DNA of 64,000 bases from Patescibacteria group bacterium (GCA_038063615.1 JBBTUT010000003.1:1352-65351); one strand, 5' to 3'; numbered from the stretch's first letter, positions 29,203 to 39,203 are shown. The notes: a model not told the origin generated them from the letters alone. Program-made: numbers and translations.

Positions 29203-31002
29203 ATGAAATCAAAACATTCCAATATCGAATATCCGGAAGTTCGCATGCGTGATGTGGCGTCTTCTTTGTGGCAAGGGATGAGCAAAAGCTGGGTTATGAT
29301 GCTCGCCATCCTCTTTGGTATTGGGGGAGCAAATGCTTTTGAAATTGTAATACCACTCTATTATAAAAAGTTTTTTGATACTCTTTTGTTGCCGGAGTCC
29401 AAGGCAGAGCTTTCGCCACAACTTGTTCATATCATTCTCTTTATTTTATTGCTTAACGGAGCTGGTTGGGTTTGTTGGCGTATTGGATCGTATGCGATCA
29501 TACGCGTTCAAGCAAGATCAATGGCGACTCTTCGCCAACAAGCTTATGACCGTCTTTTGCATCATTCATATAGTTTTTTTGCCAATAATTTCACTGGGGC
29601 ATTGGTTCAGCGTGTCGGGAGATATGCCCGTGCATTTGAACGCATCACAGACCGTATCACATGGGATATTCTCCCACTCATTGTGCGTATTTCCGGTGCG
29701 GTCATTATTACTGCGTACATCTTTCCAATGCTCGCCACTATCATTTTTGGGTGGGTGGTTTTGTATATGGCGGTCAATGTTGTTTATTCGAGGTGGCGCC
29801 TAAAATATAACCTGCAAATGGTAGAAGCGGACTCGCGCACGACTGCGGTGCTTGCCGATACTATTACCAATCAAAACAATATTGATATTTTCAGCCAACA
29901 CGCATACGAGCAGAAGTATTTTAAAGAGGTAACAGATGATCAGGCAAAAATTACTTTTCGTAATTGGGGTGTCGGTCAGGTGCTCGATGCCATGCAAGCG
30001 GCACTCATTGTCCTTATGGAGTTCGCAATTTTTTATCTCCTTATTCACTACTGGGAACAGGGGCCTGTTATGGTGGGGACATTTATCATGGTCCAGCTGT
30101 ATGTTTTGGGACTCGGAAAGAGATTATGGGATTTTGGACGCATCATCCGCGACGCTTATGAAGGATATGCGGATGCTAAAGAAATGGTGGAGATTATGAA
30201 ACTTCCATATGAAATAAAAGATGTGCCTGCTGCGGTACCGCTTCATGTTTCTGGCGGGGAGATTGTTTTCAGTGATGTTTCGTTCGCCTTCAACCAAACA
30301 CGCGAAGTTTTGCAAAATATAAACTTCACGATCAAGGCCGGTGAAAAGATTGCTCTCGTTGGTCCGTCTGGCGCAGGCAAGACGACATTCGTGCGCCTGC
30401 TTTTGCGGTTTTATGATGTGACGAGTGGCAAGATTTTGATTGATGGTCAGAACATTCGTTATGCAACACTTGAAACGCTTCGCAACAAGGTGAGTCTTGT
30501 CCCGCAGGACCCGCTTCTTTTCCACCGAACTATTATGGAGAACATTCGCTATGGCAAGCCCAGCGCGACAGAGGCCGAGGTCATGGAGGCCGCACGCCTA
30601 GCACATTGCGATGAGTTTATAAATGCATTGCCAAAACAATACGAAACATATGTGGGAGAGAGAGGGATAAAACTTTCCGGCGGGGAACGACAGCGGGTTG
30701 CCATTGCGCGTGCTATTTTGAAAAATGCACCAATACTCGTACTTGATGAAGCAACATCAAGCTTGGACTCGCATTCCGAAGCGCTCATTCAGGACGCGCT
30801 TGATACATTAATGAAAGGTAAGACTGTCGTTGTCGTTGCCCATCGTCTATCAACCATCCGCAAGATGGACCGCATTGCGGTACTCAAAGACGGGGCCATC
30901 ATCGAGGAAGGCACTCACGACGACCTAACCAAACAAAACGGCAGTCTCTACGCAAAGCTCTGGGACCTCCAAGCCGGCGGATTTTTACGCGAAGAGGATT
31001 GA
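29203..31002 (+). CDS. ABC exporter, fused permease/ATPase
   Basis: TM domain; GPSGAGKT, LSGGERQR, LDEATS. Confidence 0.95.
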   Translation: MKSKHSNIEYPEVRMRDVASSLWQGMSKSWVMMLAILFGIGGANAFEIVIPLYYKKFFDTLLLPESKAELSPQLVHIILFILLLNGAGWVCWRIGSYAIIRVQARSMATLRQQAYDRLLHHSYSFFANNFTGALVQRVGRYARAFERITDRITWDILPLIVRISGAVIITAYIFPMLATIIFGWVVLYMAVNVVYSRWRLKYNLQMVEADSRTTAVLADTITNQNNIDIFSQHAYEQKYFKEVTDDQAKITFRNWGVGQVLDAMQAALIVLMEFAIFYLLIHYWEQGPVMVGTFIMVQLYVLGLGKRLWDFGRIIRDAYEGYADAKEMVEIMKLPYEIKDVPAAVPLHVSGGEIVFSDVSFAFNQTREVLQNINFTIKAGEKIALVGPSGAGKTTFVRLLLRFYDVTSGKILIDGQNIRYATLETLRNKVSLVPQDPLLFHRTIMENIRYGKPSATEAEVMEAARLAHCDEFINALPKQYETYVGERGIKLSGGERQRVAIARAILKNAPILVLDEATSSLDSHSEALIQDALDTLMKGKTVVVVAHRLSTIRKMDRIAVLKDGAIIEEGTHDDLTKQNGSLYAKLWDLQAGGFLREED

Positions 31003-31084
31003 GCGAAATATAAATTCCCCAATTTAACCCTATAGGGCGCGATTGGGGAATTTTGAAGTTTCTTATTTTTCTGTGTTGGTAATT

Positions 31085-31134
31085 TTCCAAATCCGCCAGC
31101 TTGGACCTATAGGTCCAAGCTGGCGGATTTGGAA
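31085..31134. repeat. 50-bp perfect palindrome centred on CTATAG
   Basis: TTCCAAATCCGCCAGCTTGGACC-TATA-GGTCCAAGCTGGCGGATTTGGAA. Confidence 0.95.
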
Positions 31135-31191
31135 TTTCGATTTTGCTACGCTATATCGTGATACGAGAGACTGTGATATAATGCTCAAAAT

Positions 31192-32997
31192 ATGGAGGAT
31201 AAAAATACAAAATTGTCATTTTTGAAATTTCTGGATACGCTGAGGTGGTTGTTTGTTTATAATATAAAACTGGCGCCTGTGGCGGCCAGCTTCAACGCGT
31301 TTGCCGCTATCTTTTCGACGGCGAGTCCTTTGGTCAATGCATATATTTTTGCGAGATTGTTGGATGATGTCATAAAGATTGCTACGGCGCATGGAGATCC
31401 GAAAGAAATCATCCCGATGCTCGGGGTGCTCCTTGCATATAATTTGATTAATTCAGCAATCAATGCCACAAACGGATATGCATCGCAGGTGATGAGTGCT
31501 GCAACTCAGTACAAGTCACCACAAATCTTATATCGCCACATTCATTCATTGGGCATTCAGACACTGGAAAATCCTGAAGTTGCCAATAAGATACAACGGT
31601 CAAAGGAAATCATCGGAGCATTATATGGTGATTTTGAACGGGCAGTAGCATTCTTCGCAAAAATCTTCACGCTGATTGCCGCGGCCTTTATTGTAGTCAA
31701 AGTGATGCCTGTAGTAATGGCGATCATTGCCATCTCGATACTTCCGGAGATGGCCTCAAATAAATTCCATATGAGGAAAGAATGGAAGCTATATAGAGAT
31801 GAGACCGAAAATAGACGGAGGGCGAATTTCATTTTTTCTTCGCTCATAGAAACTTCAAACCTCCAAGAGGTCACCATAACCTCCGCGTATGAATATCTGA
31901 ATAATGTATACAAAAAATTCGCTGACTGGTTTACAAAGGAGGACTTAAAGATTCTTAAGGGTTGGCAATTTTTTGGTTTTCTGTTTGGGTCAATAACAGA
32001 TGTCACCAGCATCTTTGGGTACTTCACCATTTTAAAAAACCTTTTTAGTGGAATTGCTTCCATTGGTACGGCGACATTTCAAATGAGGTCGTTAGACACT
32101 TTTGTCAACAACTTGCTGACCGTGGGGAATGCATATGTCGGGCTCACCGAGAGGTGTATCCGTATGAGCGAGATCAAAGAATTGTTCGAGATGAAGCCGA
32201 TGGTTTCTGATGGCGGTGTGGAGATGGCAGTCTCTGCGGATGCCCCGAACATATCATTGAAGGGAGTCAGTTTCAAATACCCAAACTCCGATCGGTTTAT
32301 TATCAATGACCTGAACCTCGAGATTAAGCCGGGAGAAAAGATTGCAATCGTCGGAGAAAACGGCGCGGGAAAGACTACGCTCGTGAAATTGTTGAGCAGA
32401 TTTTACAAGGTGGACAAGGGTGGTGTCTATTTGAACGATGAGAATATCAATGACATTAAGATAGACAGTTGGTACAAGAATCTGGGAGTGCTGTTTCAGG
32501 AATACAATACCTACGGGTCACTGACGCTGAAAGAAAATATCCTTTTGGGAGATGCGCACCGAGAGCCGGATGAGGCGAAAATGAAGATTGCGGCGGACAG
32601 GGCAAATGTCAATTCATTCATTTCCAATTATAAAAATGGGTACGATCAGGTGCTCAGCGAAAAATTCAAAGGAGGCACCCGCCCGAGTACGGGGCAGTGG
32701 CAGAAGATTGCCATCGCGCGGTTCTTTTATCGTGATTCGCCCGTTGTTATTTTCGACGAGCCCACGGCTTCCATTGATGCGGTTGCGGAGGCGGAGATCT
32801 TTGGGCAAATTTACGAATTTTTCAAAGACAAAACGGTGATTATTATCTCGCACCGATTCTCAACAGTGCGCAATGCGGACAAGATCTATGTCTTGGACGG
32901 CGGGAAAATAGCAGAAAGCGGCAATCATGACCAGCTGATGAAGCTGAAAGGGAAGTACCACAAAGCGTTTATCATTCAGGCCGAGGGGTATAAGTAA
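31192..32997 (+). CDS. ABC exporter, fused permease/ATPase
   Basis: GENGAGKT, signature variant PSTGQWQK, FDEPTA. Confidence 0.95.
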   Translation: MEDKNTKLSFLKFLDTLRWLFVYNIKLAPVAASFNAFAAIFSTASPLVNAYIFARLLDDVIKIATAHGDPKEIIPMLGVLLAYNLINSAINATNGYASQVMSAATQYKSPQILYRHIHSLGIQTLENPEVANKIQRSKEIIGALYGDFERAVAFFAKIFTLIAAAFIVVKVMPVVMAIIAISILPEMASNKFHMRKEWKLYRDETENRRRANFIFSSLIETSNLQEVTITSAYEYLNNVYKKFADWFTKEDLKILKGWQFFGFLFGSITDVTSIFGYFTILKNLFSGIASIGTATFQMRSLDTFVNNLLTVGNAYVGLTERCIRMSEIKELFEMKPMVSDGGVEMAVSADAPNISLKGVSFKYPNSDRFIINDLNLEIKPGEKIAIVGENGAGKTTLVKLLSRFYKVDKGGVYLNDENINDIKIDSWYKNLGVLFQEYNTYGSLTLKENILLGDAHREPDEAKMKIAADRANVNSFISNYKNGYDQVLSEKFKGGTRPSTGQWQKIAIARFFYRDSPVVIFDEPTASIDAVAEAEIFGQIYEFFKDKTVIIISHRFSTVRNADKIYVLDGGKIAESGNHDQLMKLKGKYHKAFIIQAEGYK

Positions 32998-33044
32998 TTG
33001 GGAGGGGAAACAAACAACTGACAACTAACAATCGACAATATGAA

Positions 33045-33146
33045 TCCCGTTAGAAGTTTTTCTGTAATTTTTACAGAAGACAAATAAGCAGATAATTGGT
33101 AAGATAATATTGATAATTAATTTTTAATAACTAAACTTCTAACGGG
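33045..33146. mobile_element. Gene-less (MITE-like) element with CCCGTTAG/CTAACGGG ends at the eno start codon
   Basis: 16-bp perfect IR ATCCCGTTAGAAGTTT/AAACTTCTAACGGGAT; ATGAA directly repeated at 33040 and 33147. Confidence 0.7.
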
Positions 33147-34436
33147 ATGAAAATAAAATCAATCAATGCGCGAGAGGTATTAGATAGCAGGGGGAATCCA
33201 ACTGTCGAGGCGGTGGTCATTTTGGAAAATGGTTCGATTGGTTCTGCGATGGTGCCGTCGGGGGCTTCTACGGGGAAATACGAGGCGGTGGAGCTTCGCG
33301 ATGGTGATACAGAGAGGTACGGCGGACTCGGTGTATTGAAAGCGGTGGGGAATATCAAAAATGAGATTGCGGGAGCTTTGGTCGGGATGGATGCCGCAGA
33401 CCAGAGGGCTATCGATACCGCGATGATCGCGCTCGACGGGACGGAAAACAAAACCAAGCTTGGCGCGAATGCAATCTTGGCGGTGTCTCTCGCTGTTGCA
33501 AAAGCAGAGTCGGTGGCGGAGGGTAAGCCGTTGTATGACTATCTCACAAAATTCAATCCAGATTTCAACGGGAAATTCATCATGCCGATACCGATGATGA
33601 ATATAATGAACGGAGGCAAGCATGCGAGCTGGGCGACGGACATTCAGGAATATATGATCGTGCCTGTTGGTGCCGGCTCGGTCACTGAAGCAGTGAGAGT
33701 ATGCGCGGAAGTGTATGCGTGCCTCAAAAAGACATTGAAAGAAAAAGAATATGCTACCAATGTCGGTGACGAGGGTGGTTTTGCTCCCGCAGTGAAAGAC
33801 AATAAAGAGCCGTTTGAACTGATGTCCGAAGCTGTTGCGAAAGCCGGCTATACGCTTGGCAAAGATGTTTTCTTCGGCATCGACGCCGCCGCTTCTGAAT
33901 TTTTCGAGAACGGTTTGTACCAGCTCCGCAAAGAGGGGAAGAGCGTAAATGGCGAAGAGCTGTCTTCTTTCTATCGCGGGCTTGCAGAAGAGTACCCGAT
34001 CATTTCGATGGAGGATATTTTTGCCGAAGATGACTGGGAATCCTTTGGTAAGTTTACCACTGAGAATGGCAGTCACACGCAGATTGTCGGTGACGATTTG
34101 TATGTCACTAATATGAAGAGATTGGAGCGTGGTGTCGCGGAGAAAACGACCAACTCTATTTTGATCAAATTGAATCAGATCGGAACATTGACCGAAACGA
34201 TTGACACAATCCTTTTGGCGGAAAAGAATAATTTTACTTCGATTATCTCTCATCGGAGTGGCGAAACGGAAGATACTTTTATTGCCGACCTCGTCGTCGC
34301 GATGGGTACCGGACAGATCAAAACGGGTGCACCGTGTCGCAGTGAGCGCACCGCAAAGTACAATCGCTTGATGGCGATAGAAGAGGAAGTAGGCGACAAA
34401 GCAGAGTATGCGAAGTTTCCGTTTCTAAAAAAATAA
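33147..34436 (+). CDS. eno: Enolase
   Basis: DSRGNPTVE, VPSGASTG, SHRSGETED, QIKTGAPCRSER. Confidence 0.99.
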   Translation: MKIKSINAREVLDSRGNPTVEAVVILENGSIGSAMVPSGASTGKYEAVELRDGDTERYGGLGVLKAVGNIKNEIAGALVGMDAADQRAIDTAMIALDGTENKTKLGANAILAVSLAVAKAESVAEGKPLYDYLTKFNPDFNGKFIMPIPMMNIMNGGKHASWATDIQEYMIVPVGAGSVTEAVRVCAEVYACLKKTLKEKEYATNVGDEGGFAPAVKDNKEPFELMSEAVAKAGYTLGKDVFFGIDAAASEFFENGLYQLRKEGKSVNGEELSSFYRGLAEEYPIISMEDIFAEDDWESFGKFTTENGSHTQIVGDDLYVTNMKRLERGVAEKTTNSILIKLNQIGTLTETIDTILLAEKNNFTSIISHRSGETEDTFIADLVVAMGTGQIKTGAPCRSERTAKYNRLMAIEEEVGDKAEYAKFPFLKK

Positions 34437-34577
34437 AGGGACACCGGAATGTCCCTTTTGGTCAGCGCCAGCGCCTACTCTTCTTGTTTGCCGGTTCAGG
34501 ATGATGCGAGGAATGATGCTCACACAGCGTGTGCAAACATTTTTTTTGGTCGCACGCCCCATTTTCTATCCATACCC

Positions 34578-34817
34578 TTAAATTAGTTTTACCATTTGGG
34601 CAATCTTGGTTTTCTGCCATTCCCATACCCACCTCCTTTTAAATTTTTTCCTCTCAGGGTTTCTGTCCTGCGGTGTACCGGAGATCATCCCCGCAAACAC
34701 ACGGACATTTCTGTGTGTCGTGCCGAAAGTTTCATCGATAGACTTTGCCGAAGGAAAATCATAATTGAAAATTTCCTTCTTGCTCATACCGAGTATTCTT
34801 CGAGCTACTATGCTCAT
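34578..34817 (-). CDS. Small hypothetical protein
   Basis: 79-aa ORF preceded by strong SD AAAAAGGAGG. Confidence 0.5.
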   Translation of the reverse strand: MSIVARRILGMSKKEIFNYDFPSAKSIDETFGTTHRNVRVFAGMISGTPQDRNPERKKFKRRWVWEWQKTKIAQMVKLI

Positions 34818-34919
34818 GTCTGCCTCCTTTTTAAGAACTATGAATTTTATTCTTCCCTAAAACTACTCTTAAATCACCAAAAAGTCAAAAGTTGCGGGTT
34901 CTGCTATAATGCGGTTTGT

Positions 34920-35021
34920 ATGTCTGACCAAAACAAAACAGAGGCAAATTCACTCGATCAAAAAGAACAGATGAAAAAAGGTTTGCGCGCGGTATGGCGC
35001 CATGTGCGACCGTTTAAAAAA
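34920..35021 (+). pseudogene. 5' fragment of a gene (probably an ABC exporter) broken by the RAYT element
   Basis: TGCTATAAT -10, then MSDQNKTEANSLDQKEQMKKGLRAVWRHVRPFKK running into the REP. Confidence 0.5.
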
Positions 35022-35022
35022 G

Positions 35023-35793
35023 GGGGAAAGGGGGTCAGGTACCCTTTCCCTTTACTTCTGGGGAAAGGGGGTCAGGTACCCTTTCCCTTTACTTCTGATA
35101 TACTAACCATATGCCTCGCATCACTCGTACCGACATCGGCAATCATTGCTATCATGTCATAAACCGTGCCAACGCGCGTATGCCGATTTTCTTCGCAGAA
35201 AAGGACTATGTTTTGTTTGAGCAAGTCCTAGAGGAAGCGCAAGAAAAGTTCTCTATGAGAATCCTCGCATACTGCCTCATGCCAAACCATTTTCACCTTG
35301 TGTTGTATCCAAAAAATGATGGTGACATGGGAAAATTCATGCAATGGCTCACGCTCACCCATACCCAGCGCTGGCATCAGGCGAACAATACGAAAGGAAG
35401 TGGGCATCTCTACCAAGGAAGGTACAAATCTTTTTTGATACAGGGCGACAACCATCTTCTCTCTGTTATTCGTTATGTCGAGCGAAACTCGCTTCGCGCA
35501 AAACTTGTTAGAAAAGCAGAGAACTGGGGTTTTTGTAGTTTAGCACGACGACTATCAATCAACACAAGAAAAAAGAAACTCTTGTCAGCATGGCCGATAC
35601 CGGAGCCAAGAGATTATCTCTCATTTGTTAGCACCCCGCAAACAAAAGAAGAGGAAGAAAGCATCAGAGGATCTGTCGTAAGAGGGAAGCCGTTTGGTGC
35701 AGATGCATGGGCTACAAAAATGATCGAGAAGTTTGGACTTGAAGCTACCGTGCGCTCGACAGGGAGACCCAAAAAGGGTACCTGACCCCCTTT
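35023..35793 (+). mobile_element. RAYT/REP unit: two tandem 37-bp left REPs and one inverted right REP
   Basis: GGGGAAAGGGGGTCAGGTACCCTTTCCCTTTACTTCT x2 (35023-35096); AAAGGGTACCTGACCCCCTTT (35773-35793). Confidence 0.85.
35111..35785 (+). CDS. REP-associated tyrosine transposase (RAYT, Y1 HUH)
   Basis: YHVINR, AYCLMPNHFHL (HUH), GHLYQGRYKS, RYVERN. Confidence 0.93.
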   Translation: MPRITRTDIGNHCYHVINRANARMPIFFAEKDYVLFEQVLEEAQEKFSMRILAYCLMPNHFHLVLYPKNDGDMGKFMQWLTLTHTQRWHQANNTKGSGHLYQGRYKSFLIQGDNHLLSVIRYVERNSLRAKLVRKAENWGFCSLARRLSINTRKKKLLSAWPIPEPRDYLSFVSTPQTKEEEESIRGSVVRGKPFGADAWATKMIEKFGLEATVRSTGRPKKGT

Positions 35794-36467
35794 TTCTCAA
35801 AAGAGCGATGCGCGGGGTTGATATTCTGCGTCAATATGATATCCACCCGGGGGTGATTTGTACTGTTACCAAGAAAACGGTGAAATATGCCGAAGAAATC
35901 CTTCATGGGTTGGTTTCTGCCGGTTTCAAAAACATCGCTTTCAACGCCTTTTATAACACGGCATCGGAAAGTGGCGGAGACGAGTATGGGTTATCGGATA
36001 AAGACTGGTACGGTTTCCTTAGAGAAATCTTTGAATCATGGCTGGAAATTAATGATGAAACGATTCGTGTGCGCGAGCTGGATGCTATACTGGCGTGGAC
36101 GCTAGGGAAGTCAACAAACGAATGTTCTTTCCGCGGAAGTTGCGATAAATGGTTTGCGATTGACCACGCAGGTGATGTTTACCCTTGTGAAAGGTTTGGG
36201 AAGAAAGTCAATTTTGGAAGTCTTGATTCTCTTGGGGTCTACGGAAATCTCATTATGAGTCAAACTTTTCTTGAGTGGAAAGATTCAATCCAAGTATTAC
36301 CGAGTAAATGCAGGGCTTGCACTTTTCTATCATTGTGTAACAATGGTTGTAGTAGTCATAGGCAAGCTGATGATCAAGGGGTGCCTCTTTATACCTATTG
36401 TGAAAGTCGGCTGGATTTCTATGGTTTTGTACAAAATCGGATAAAGAAAGGAGGTGAGACGCTATGA
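35794..36467 (+). pseudogene. Radical SAM/SPASM enzyme, C-terminal part (CxxxCxxC region missing)
   Basis: SPASM CSFRGSC..GDVYPC..CRAC..LCNNGC..YC; frame begins at the right REP. Confidence 0.85.
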
Positions 36468-36679
36468 ACAGTGGTTCTTTAGTATCAAGTAGTAAGGGAG
36501 GCAGATCTTTGCTTTCTTCAAATAGGGCACTTCAAGGTGCTTTTGGAAGGATTGAGAGTTTATCCGCAAGAGGAGAAACTGGTTACAGTGATTCTTCAGG
36601 AGAAGAAGGTGGCTGGGATGACGGCAAGCATTCAGATGGGTATGATGACTCAAGTGAACACAATGATTCATCTACTTAG
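36464..36679 (+). CDS. Putative RiPP precursor with five aromatic-X-Asp motifs
   Basis: SD AAGGAGG; ATGA overlap with the rSAM stop; core YSD, WDD, HSD, YDD, HND. Confidence 0.75.
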   Translation: MNSGSLVSSSKGGRSLLSSNRALQGAFGRIESLSARGETGYSDSSGEEGGWDDGKHSDGYDDSSEHNDSST

Positions 36680-36723
36680 TAATTGAAAGTGAATAGGTGG
36701 GTGATAATTAATTCACTATCATT

Positions 36724-36757
36724 AAAACGCGGGTTTGCAAAAATCCGCGTTTCTTTT
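36724..36757 (+). terminator. Intrinsic terminator
   Basis: AAACGCGGGTTT..AAATCCGCGTTT followed by T-tract. Confidence 0.65.
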
Positions 36758-36770
36758 TATTATATAAAAT

Positions 36771-37583
36771 ATGAATCATATAAACACAGACTTATTATTA
36801 TCAGACGAAGAGCATCTCGCGCTCCCAAAAGAAATAAGACAAAAAGTGCCGTACCTGTATTCTTTTGAGTGTAATGGTCAAATTCTTTACTACTTTGGTT
36901 CTAAACATGTGATGGACCCGAAACATCCCCAGTTTGAATTTCTGCACGAAAAATGGCAGGACTTTTTAGATAAAACGCGTGGCAGAAAATCGATAGTAAT
37001 CCATGAGGGAATCGTGAATGAAAAGAATTTAATATCTCTAGAGCGTGTGATTGAACAACATGGCGAATCCGGTGCCATTGTGTACTGGGCGGACAAGGAT
37101 AAGGTGCCTTGTTTTCGCCCTGAGCCAACGATAGCTGATGAGACCAGAGAATTATTGAAGGAATTTTCTCGAGAGGATATATTCTACTTTTTTATGATGA
37201 GAGGAACGGCAACATGGCAGAGAAAAGTTGCTCCTGAAAATTTTAACGAATTTATCACACGAAATATCCAACGCTATAAAAAAGAATTAGACTGGTCTGG
37301 TTTTGATTTTTCTTTTGAATCTGCAATTGGGAAAGTGCATAAAAAGATCTTTGGAAAAGAATTTAGTTTGGAAGACAAGGACTTTTTGGCACAAATCAAG
37401 AATCTTTCATTTTATGAATCTCACATTAATAAAGTAGCAAAAAGTTCTTTGAGAATAAGGGATGTTTTTATTTTGGAACACATAGGAAAGTATTGGTATG
37501 AAGGATATAATATTTTTATTGTTTACGGCTCGCACCATGCTAGAATTCAAGAACGAGCGATTAAGGATATGGTAGAAGCATAA
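36771..37583 (+). CDS. Hypothetical protein
   Basis: 270-aa ORF with YFGSKH, HEG and IVYGSHH (TraB/Tiki-like metal ligands possible). Confidence 0.65.
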   Translation: MNHINTDLLLSDEEHLALPKEIRQKVPYLYSFECNGQILYYFGSKHVMDPKHPQFEFLHEKWQDFLDKTRGRKSIVIHEGIVNEKNLISLERVIEQHGESGAIVYWADKDKVPCFRPEPTIADETRELLKEFSREDIFYFFMMRGTATWQRKVAPENFNEFITRNIQRYKKELDWSGFDFSFESAIGKVHKKIFGKEFSLEDKDFLAQIKNLSFYESHINKVAKSSLRIRDVFILEHIGKYWYEGYNIFIVYGSHHARIQERAIKDMVEA

Positions 37584-37735
37584 AATTAAGGTCAATTGTA
37601 CCAAAACCCATAACTAGCATAAAAGATTTTTGTTCTTGTTGCTGGCATGGTATGATTGAATGGAAGAAAATGAGGTTGAGAGGGTTTTTGATTCTATCGC
37701 ATTAGGTATTTAAAAATATCATGAATTCAGAATAT

Positions 37736-37967
37736 TACTCTGTTGATGTGGATGTGTGTATAATTACTCGAAAAAAGCTTGACATTTTGTTCTTAGCGCG
37801 ATACTCTTTTGGTAGACAGTAGCGGATGCTTTGAGATTGGCTTGAGGTGACGCTAGGGTACTTTAAAAAGGGAGGTGATGCCACGCAACTTTGTAAGGTA
37901 TTAGGAGGTTCGGCTCGAGATTGGCTTGAGATGACTCCAAAGATTTCTTTAAAAAAGGAGATTTATT
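37736..37967 (+). promoter_or_regulatory. Sigma-70 promoter plus tandem-module leader (copy 1)
   Basis: TTGACA(37779)-17-TACTCT(37802); two related hairpin modules each ending CTTTAAAAA..GGAG; paralogous to 39204-39434. Confidence 0.8.
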
Positions 37968-38189
37968 ATGAAAAAAAGTAAAAATGCTACACCCAGCCAT
38001 AACCCTTTTGCTTCTGAAGGGTTCAAACTATCTTCCTATACCCACAAATGCTGTTGCGTTGCGGTGCGTATAGGGGACACTGTGGACCTCCGTGACACCA
38101 AAAACCCAAATAGTCCCACGCTTTCTTTCAATAGGAAAGAGTGGAAGGCCTTTGTGAAAGGCGTGCAGTCCGGCGAGTTCAATGTCTGA
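37968..38189 (+). CDS. DUF397-like small protein
   Basis: FKLSSY..CVAV..VDLRDTKNP..LSF..EWKAFVKGVQSGEF matches the DUF397 pattern. Confidence 0.85.
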   Translation: MKKSKNATPSHNPFASEGFKLSSYTHKCCCVAVRIGDTVDLRDTKNPNSPTLSFNRKEWKAFVKGVQSGEFNV

Positions 38190-38249
38190 GCTGAAGAAGC
38201 TTCGGAGGGGGTGTTTTTACACTCCCTCCGTTTTTATTTAAATAATAGT

Positions 38250-38993
38250 ATGGAAAAGAAACTAAAAATAAAAGTATCAGAAAAGAATTATATATACGGA
38301 CGACTGAGCGGATCATCTCGCCAACCGCTTTTTATCGTTGTCCACGGCCTTCCTGGGTCAATGGACGAAGATTTTTATCTAAACGCAACACGCTGGTTTG
38401 TAAAACGAGGGTATGCTTCGTTTCGTTTTAATCTTTATGGCACAGAGAAAAATTCTCGGCAAATGATGGACTCAACACTAAAAACACATGCATCCGATAT
38501 TGATGCGGCCGTGCGTTATTTCCGTGGGAAAAAATTTCAGAAGATATTTATTGCGGGGCACAGTTACGGTGGTCCAAGCATCTTACTTTCAAGTGAGCAA
38601 AAATTTGACGGAGCGGTCCTATGGGATCCTTCATATAAAGTATCATTCACAAAAACACAGCACGGTTTTCCTGCCGTAAAATATATCAAGGAGATAAAAG
38701 GGTATATTATGAATTGGGGAACAAATCTTATTGTCGGAAAGGCAATGGCTGACGAGGCAAATACGATAAACTGGAACGAACTCACCAAGAATTTTCATCT
38801 GCCCCTAAGAATCATCGCTGCTGGGAAAGGGCACTTGGTGCGCGGTGCGAAACATTATTTTAGGACGGCCAATGACCCCAAGGAACTGACAGTCATCAAA
38901 GACGCAACTCATTATTTTAATGATACGGAAGATATGCGCGAAAAAGTATTCAAAATTTCAGAAGATTGGTTCAAAAAAATATCAAATAGATAG
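38250..38993 (+). CDS. Alpha/beta hydrolase
   Basis: VHGLPG oxyanion region, GHSYGG nucleophile elbow, ATHYF. Confidence 0.9.
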   Translation: MEKKLKIKVSEKNYIYGRLSGSSRQPLFIVVHGLPGSMDEDFYLNATRWFVKRGYASFRFNLYGTEKNSRQMMDSTLKTHASDIDAAVRYFRGKKFQKIFIAGHSYGGPSILLSSEQKFDGAVLWDPSYKVSFTKTQHGFPAVKYIKEIKGYIMNWGTNLIVGKAMADEANTINWNELTKNFHLPLRIIAAGKGHLVRGAKHYFRTANDPKELTVIKDATHYFNDTEDMREKVFKISEDWFKKISNR

Positions 38994-38996
38994 AAG

Positions 38997-39050
38997 ATAG
39001 CCGTGTTTTTTTGTTTTCTTTTTTTGTGCGGGGCGTGGTATGATTGGGGG
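38997..39050 (+). repeat. 54-bp exact direct repeat, left copy
   Basis: Identical to 50137-50190. Confidence 0.95.
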
Positions 39051-39203
39051 GAGAAGGGAAATTTAATTTAAAAAATCAATGGCAACAGATCATTTTGGGG
39101 AAGTTGTGCGAGCCGTGCGTAAGGAGGGACTTTATCCGGAAATCCCGATTGTTCAAAGTGCTGCAACGGAGACAAAAATTGTTGTCGACGGGAAAGACTT
39201 CTT

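Noticed and set aside
33180-34253. 357-aa antisense ORF (also 57772-58686, 26708-27328 and similar)
   Set aside because: Shadow ORFs opposite conserved genes with no recognisable motifs.
34596-35162. 188-aa ORF in the track
   Set aside because: Chimeric read-through across a minus-strand gene, a gene fragment and the REP repeats.
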